Positions 61,601-64,000 of a stretch of 64,000 nt of DNA are shown one piece after another (position 1 is the first letter of the stretch; every line of letters starts with the position of its first letter). Source of the stretch: a bacterium (GTDB taxonomy: Bacteria; Zhuqueibacterota; Zhuqueibacteria; Residuimicrobiales; Krinioviventaceae); assembly GCA_963675755.2 (NCBI GenBank), contig CAXXMD010000002.1, forward strand, positions 2,112,001 through 2,176,000, in the 5' to 3' direction. Below the pieces are notes generated by a model, which saw only the letters and a program-made list of their open reading frames with translations, ran no database searches and was not told the DNA's origin. The position numbers and the translations under genes are program-made.

Positions 61601-63899
61601 GCTTATTACAAGTGATGGTGGTAACCTGAGCGTACCTGTAACCGGAACAGGAACAGAAGCGATTTTTAATCCCAGTACACGATCACTGGGCTTTGCAGAT
61701 ACAGACGTTTTTGGTTCAAGTACCCGCACACTGACCATAGTAAATGAGGGCAACGCAGCATTGACCGTGAGTGAGTATTTTCTTATAGGCACCAACAATA
61801 CCGATTTTCAAATTCCCACAACACCCATCTCACTCGCTCCACTGAACTCGGTTGATTTGAGCATCAATTTTGTACCTCAATCAGTCGGGTCCAAAACTGC
61901 AGAAATTGTATTTTTCTCCAACGCATCCTCTTCACCAGATACTATCGCATTGTCCGGTATTGCTTTGGATGCAGGAGATATTGCATTATTTAATGCAAAT
62001 CCTGCCAGCATCTTCTTTACTGATACTGAAGTTGGCAGTTCACCCGCGTCACCCTTTTTCATTGGTAATAATGGGGCTCTTGTTTTAAATATATCCGAAT
62101 ATTTTATCACAGGCTCAAATGCATCTGAATTTCAGTTTTCAAGTACAATCTCTAGCATTCAACCTGGTGATTCTGCCTTGTTTAGTGTTTCCTTTATTCC
62201 TTCATCCATTGGCAGCAAATCGGCGTCACTTGTCTTTTTTACCAATTCACCAACATCGCCAGACACGGTTGCACTTTCTGGATACGCGACAGAATCCACA
62301 AATTCAATCACAATAACAACGACTTCTAGCCCGCAAATTGGCAATGATTATACTGTAAATATTCAGCTCGAAAACAGTTTTACTGCAACAGAACAAACAT
62401 TGTTTTACCGGAATATCGGCAAGCTGAATTATACCAGTGTTCCCCTGCAGGGAAGCGGTACAGAATATACTGCAACCATTCCACAAGATGCAGTACTGCT
62501 GCGCGGACTGGAATATTATGTAGTAATGACAGATACACGCGCCACCTATACCTATCCCCCAACCAATCCGGCAAGCAGTCCGGTCCAGTTGGGGATTACA
62601 ATTGCCTCACATACACCGCCAATCACATTACCAAAATCAGGATACAAAATGATCTCTTTCCCCTGTGATGTGTACGAAACCACAATCGCGGAAATGTTTG
62701 AGGACGATTACGGTAAATATGACAATACAAGCTGGCGTCTCTTTTATTATTATCCCATGAGCGACAGTCTTTATTATCTTGAATATCCCTTTGATGAAGA
62801 ATTTTTTATCTATCCGGGTATGGCATTCTGGCTGATTAACAAAGATGGTAAATCTTTTGATATCGACAACGCCTCTACCCTCATGTACGGTGATCATTTT
62901 ACCATATCACTCATGCCGGGTTGGAACATGGTGGGTAATCCCTTTGACTTTCCCGTTTCTGTTGATGATATTGAAACACTTGACTCTATCGAAGATCCAA
63001 TTACTTATATTAACAATGATTATAGTCTCCCCCAGCCAATCTTGCAGCCATGGGAAGGTTATTTTGTCTACAATCCCGAAAACACCTATGTTCAGGCAAC
63101 AATCCCGGCAATTGAAGCGGGCCAACTGCTCAAAGCAAACGATCCCATGCAACTGACTAACAATAATGAAATTGTTTTCCAGTTTTCCGCTACAATCACC
63201 AACAGCGAAATCATGGATACCCATAACTATATCGGTTACAAAACCAATGCTATTGATGGCAGGGATAAAAATGATTTTTCAGAAGCACCTCCAATTACCA
63301 ACGATCTTCAACTCTATATTAACGATAAAGATCACGACTGGGCAGGGAATTTTAAATCTATCTCAAATGAAGGACAGCAATGGCAGATTGTTCTGAAAGC
63401 GAATAGCAAAAAATCCATAACCCTTGGCTGGCAGCAATCCGGTACATTGCCGGATAAGCAAAAACTCTACATTTTTGACCAAACCACACAGGCCCCGTTA
63501 AAAGCTGAAAACGGAGAATATACACTGTCAAGCGGACTGAAAGGCGAACGCCGATTTAAGGTTATATTGGGTACAGAAGCCTATGCCCTGAACAACAGTG
63601 ACGGTATCCCATTGGTTCCGGTGGATTACGAATTAAAGCAGAATTATCCCAATCCATTTAATCCGGAAACGGTTATTCCGTTCCAATTGTCTGTCAAAAG
63701 TAATGTAAAAATAGAGGTCTTTAACATATTGGGTCACAAGATCAAAACATTGCACAACAGTACATTATCTACCGGCAGTCACCAGGTAACCTGGGATGGT
63801 AGCAACGATGCAGGAAACAGTGTAGCCGCAGGAATGTACTTTTACCGAATTCAGGCAGGTTCTTTTCAAGCCGTTAAAAAAATGATTCTGATACGATAA
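58638..63899 (+). CDS. Large secreted protein: Asp-box/BNR beta-propellers, six choice-of-anchor-D (ASH/HYDIN Ig-like) domains and a FlgD/T9SS-type C-terminal domain
   Basis: Signal peptide; more than 10 SxDNGxxW repeats; six LDFG..V...NxG...L.G.G repeats; C-terminus LKQNYPNPFNP...WDGSNDAG..VAAGMYFY...KKMILIR. Confidence 0.88.
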   Translation: MIIKNNFSYSLLLCIVLLFTQTLLAQNIWQQTSGPEGGSAQYVYTNGPGRLIAAGGMNIFRSVDNGASWVDITYNMQVSNINAMDVNTTGDIFVGSYMGALYRLDNNSTTWQDLSNNIIGTDNINKIAVDSSGNIFASTATNLYRSSDNGASWLASPLPAGPFESVDVIHIGPNGRMFAGNYNGIQYSDDSGDNWTPLTTGTTAYTIAETSTGGIFLGSYEGIRYAPDTGGNFSFFNTGLPASVDIRSLVIGTTGTIYAGALGGFYVSTDNGNNWTAAVTGLTAKDVYSLSRQADNTLLAGTENGLFITSNDGANWSRNISGFINTGINQIIEYSDGSFFAASDFGLFQSTDNGESWTAIAHFDTMQVRALLQNASGTLFAGTGFHGLWRSTDNGANWSNANNGLTNSEVLELEVDDLDQLFLTNYSGVYRSTDNGDNWSSVYSGYEAVDMIVDENNYIYFASYDGIYRSTNNGTDWSVVNANLTNINALENRDDGYLYAGTMNGMFRSNDLGVNWTLINTGLTTPSIRSLLVTRKGHIFAGADSGQVFLSTDLGDSWSIYNSGISNAMVHTLVINDNSNLLAGTKGSGIFSTIYDNAVFSVNPPSQLDFGNVRVQVGKTDSIEFTNIGYLSHQIQNAVVSGTDAGAFTAFINTTDIQPSGTGYVNIEFNPQGVGQKIATLEVTTNGGNIQIGLTGIGVSPILNVAQTSVEFDSTRTATTSIDSIFISNTGTDTLNITQAAINGTNPGQFSVDAPPAPIPPSEGAWLNVYFTPSNTGSFSATLNLLSDGGLGQIALTGVGVEPQMAVSANTLDFGDVSITNPLTLDVTVSNAGNTALNVSEALVTGTDLTFFNVSPQFFTVPAGGSQIVSVTFSPDQVRSYSASLAFFSDAGEQFVTLSGNGINASLETSPDSLYFGIAQVSASVRDTLYLNNTGTSTVTVSSFELSGANASAFSVLTGTPLTIGASSTIAIPIDFAPQFAGFHIATLLITSDGGNLSVPVTGTGTEAIFNPSTRSLGFADTDVFGSSTRTLTIVNEGNAALTVSEYFLIGTNNTDFQIPTTPISLAPLNSVDLSINFVPQSVGSKTAEIVFFSNASSSPDTIALSGIALDAGDIALFNANPASIFFTDTEVGSSPASPFFIGNNGALVLNISEYFITGSNASEFQFSSTISSIQPGDSALFSVSFIPSSIGSKSASLVFFTNSPTSPDTVALSGYATESTNSITITTTSSPQIGNDYTVNIQLENSFTATEQTLFYRNIGKLNYTSVPLQGSGTEYTATIPQDAVLLRGLEYYVVMTDTRATYTYPPTNPASSPVQLGITIASHTPPITLPKSGYKMISFPCDVYETTIAEMFEDDYGKYDNTSWRLFYYYPMSDSLYYLEYPFDEEFFIYPGMAFWLINKDGKSFDIDNASTLMYGDHFTISLMPGWNMVGNPFDFPVSVDDIETLDSIEDPITYINNDYSLPQPILQPWEGYFVYNPENTYVQATIPAIEAGQLLKANDPMQLTNNNEIVFQFSATITNSEIMDTHNYIGYKTNAIDGRDKNDFSEAPPITNDLQLYINDKDHDWAGNFKSISNEGQQWQIVLKANSKKSITLGWQQSGTLPDKQKLYIFDQTTQAPLKAENGEYTLSSGLKGERRFKVILGTEAYALNNSDGIPLVPVDYELKQNYPNPFNPETVIPFQLSVKSNVKIEVFNILGHKIKTLHNSTLSTGSHQVTWDGSNDAGNSVAAGMYFYRIQAGSFQAVKKMILIR

Positions 63900-63915
63900 T
63901 TCAGGTGGATCAAAT

Positions 63916-64000
63916 ATGAAAAAATATATTACAATCCTTTTACTCTTTTCAAGCTGGGCCCTTGCTCAGGACATGCTGGTCATTTCACAAAACCGGTTTG
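63916..64000 (+). CDS. Partial CDS with a signal peptide (runs off the window end)
   Basis: ATG 16 bp after the previous stop, RBS AGGTGG; translates as MKKYITILLLFSSWALAQDMLVISQNRF... Confidence 0.7.
   Translation, partial: MKKYITILLLFSSWALAQDMLVISQNRF

Overview
The window is mostly core chromosome from a diderm FCB-superphylum bacterium; the lpxC-fabZ fusion, PorV-like barrel and PNPF/FlgD-type C-terminal sorting domains suggest a KSB1/Calditrichota-like lineage (inference). Bases 1-42,341 are almost all minus-strand housekeeping genes: ftsK (partial), comB, gcvT, rseP, dxr, a LipM-like ligase, lpxA, lpxC/fabZ, lpxD, skp, bamA, a TamB-like gene, uppS, a TPR lipoprotein, mtnA, waaA, panBC, a PorV-like gene, tRNA-Thr(CGT), yraN, rnhB, comEC, coaE, a large S8 peptidase, a GT2, an acidic TPR protein, lptE, a sigma54 activator, an epimerase, purD and uvrB. 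The rest holds a GHL10 hydrolase, a USP, a hybrid kinase with an Hpt protein, an amino-sugar cluster (ROK, cupin, NagB-deacetylase fusion), a membrane spermidine-synthase-like gene, a thioredoxin, and a TPR/CsgG-like lipoprotein followed by a 1750-aa secreted beta-propeller/Ig protein. The most unusual stretch is a ~470-bp non-coding mosaic of about nine REP-like palindromes and repeats from at least five sequence families between uvrB and the GHL10 gene. It is flanked on both sides by GC-enriched coding DNA and lies between a sigma70 promoter with an overlapping palindrome and a sigma54 -24/-12 promoter. Two adjacent genes (dxr, LipM-like) each carry a single-base homopolymer frameshift, probably assembly errors. 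No transposase, integrase, CRISPR array or rRNA was seen.
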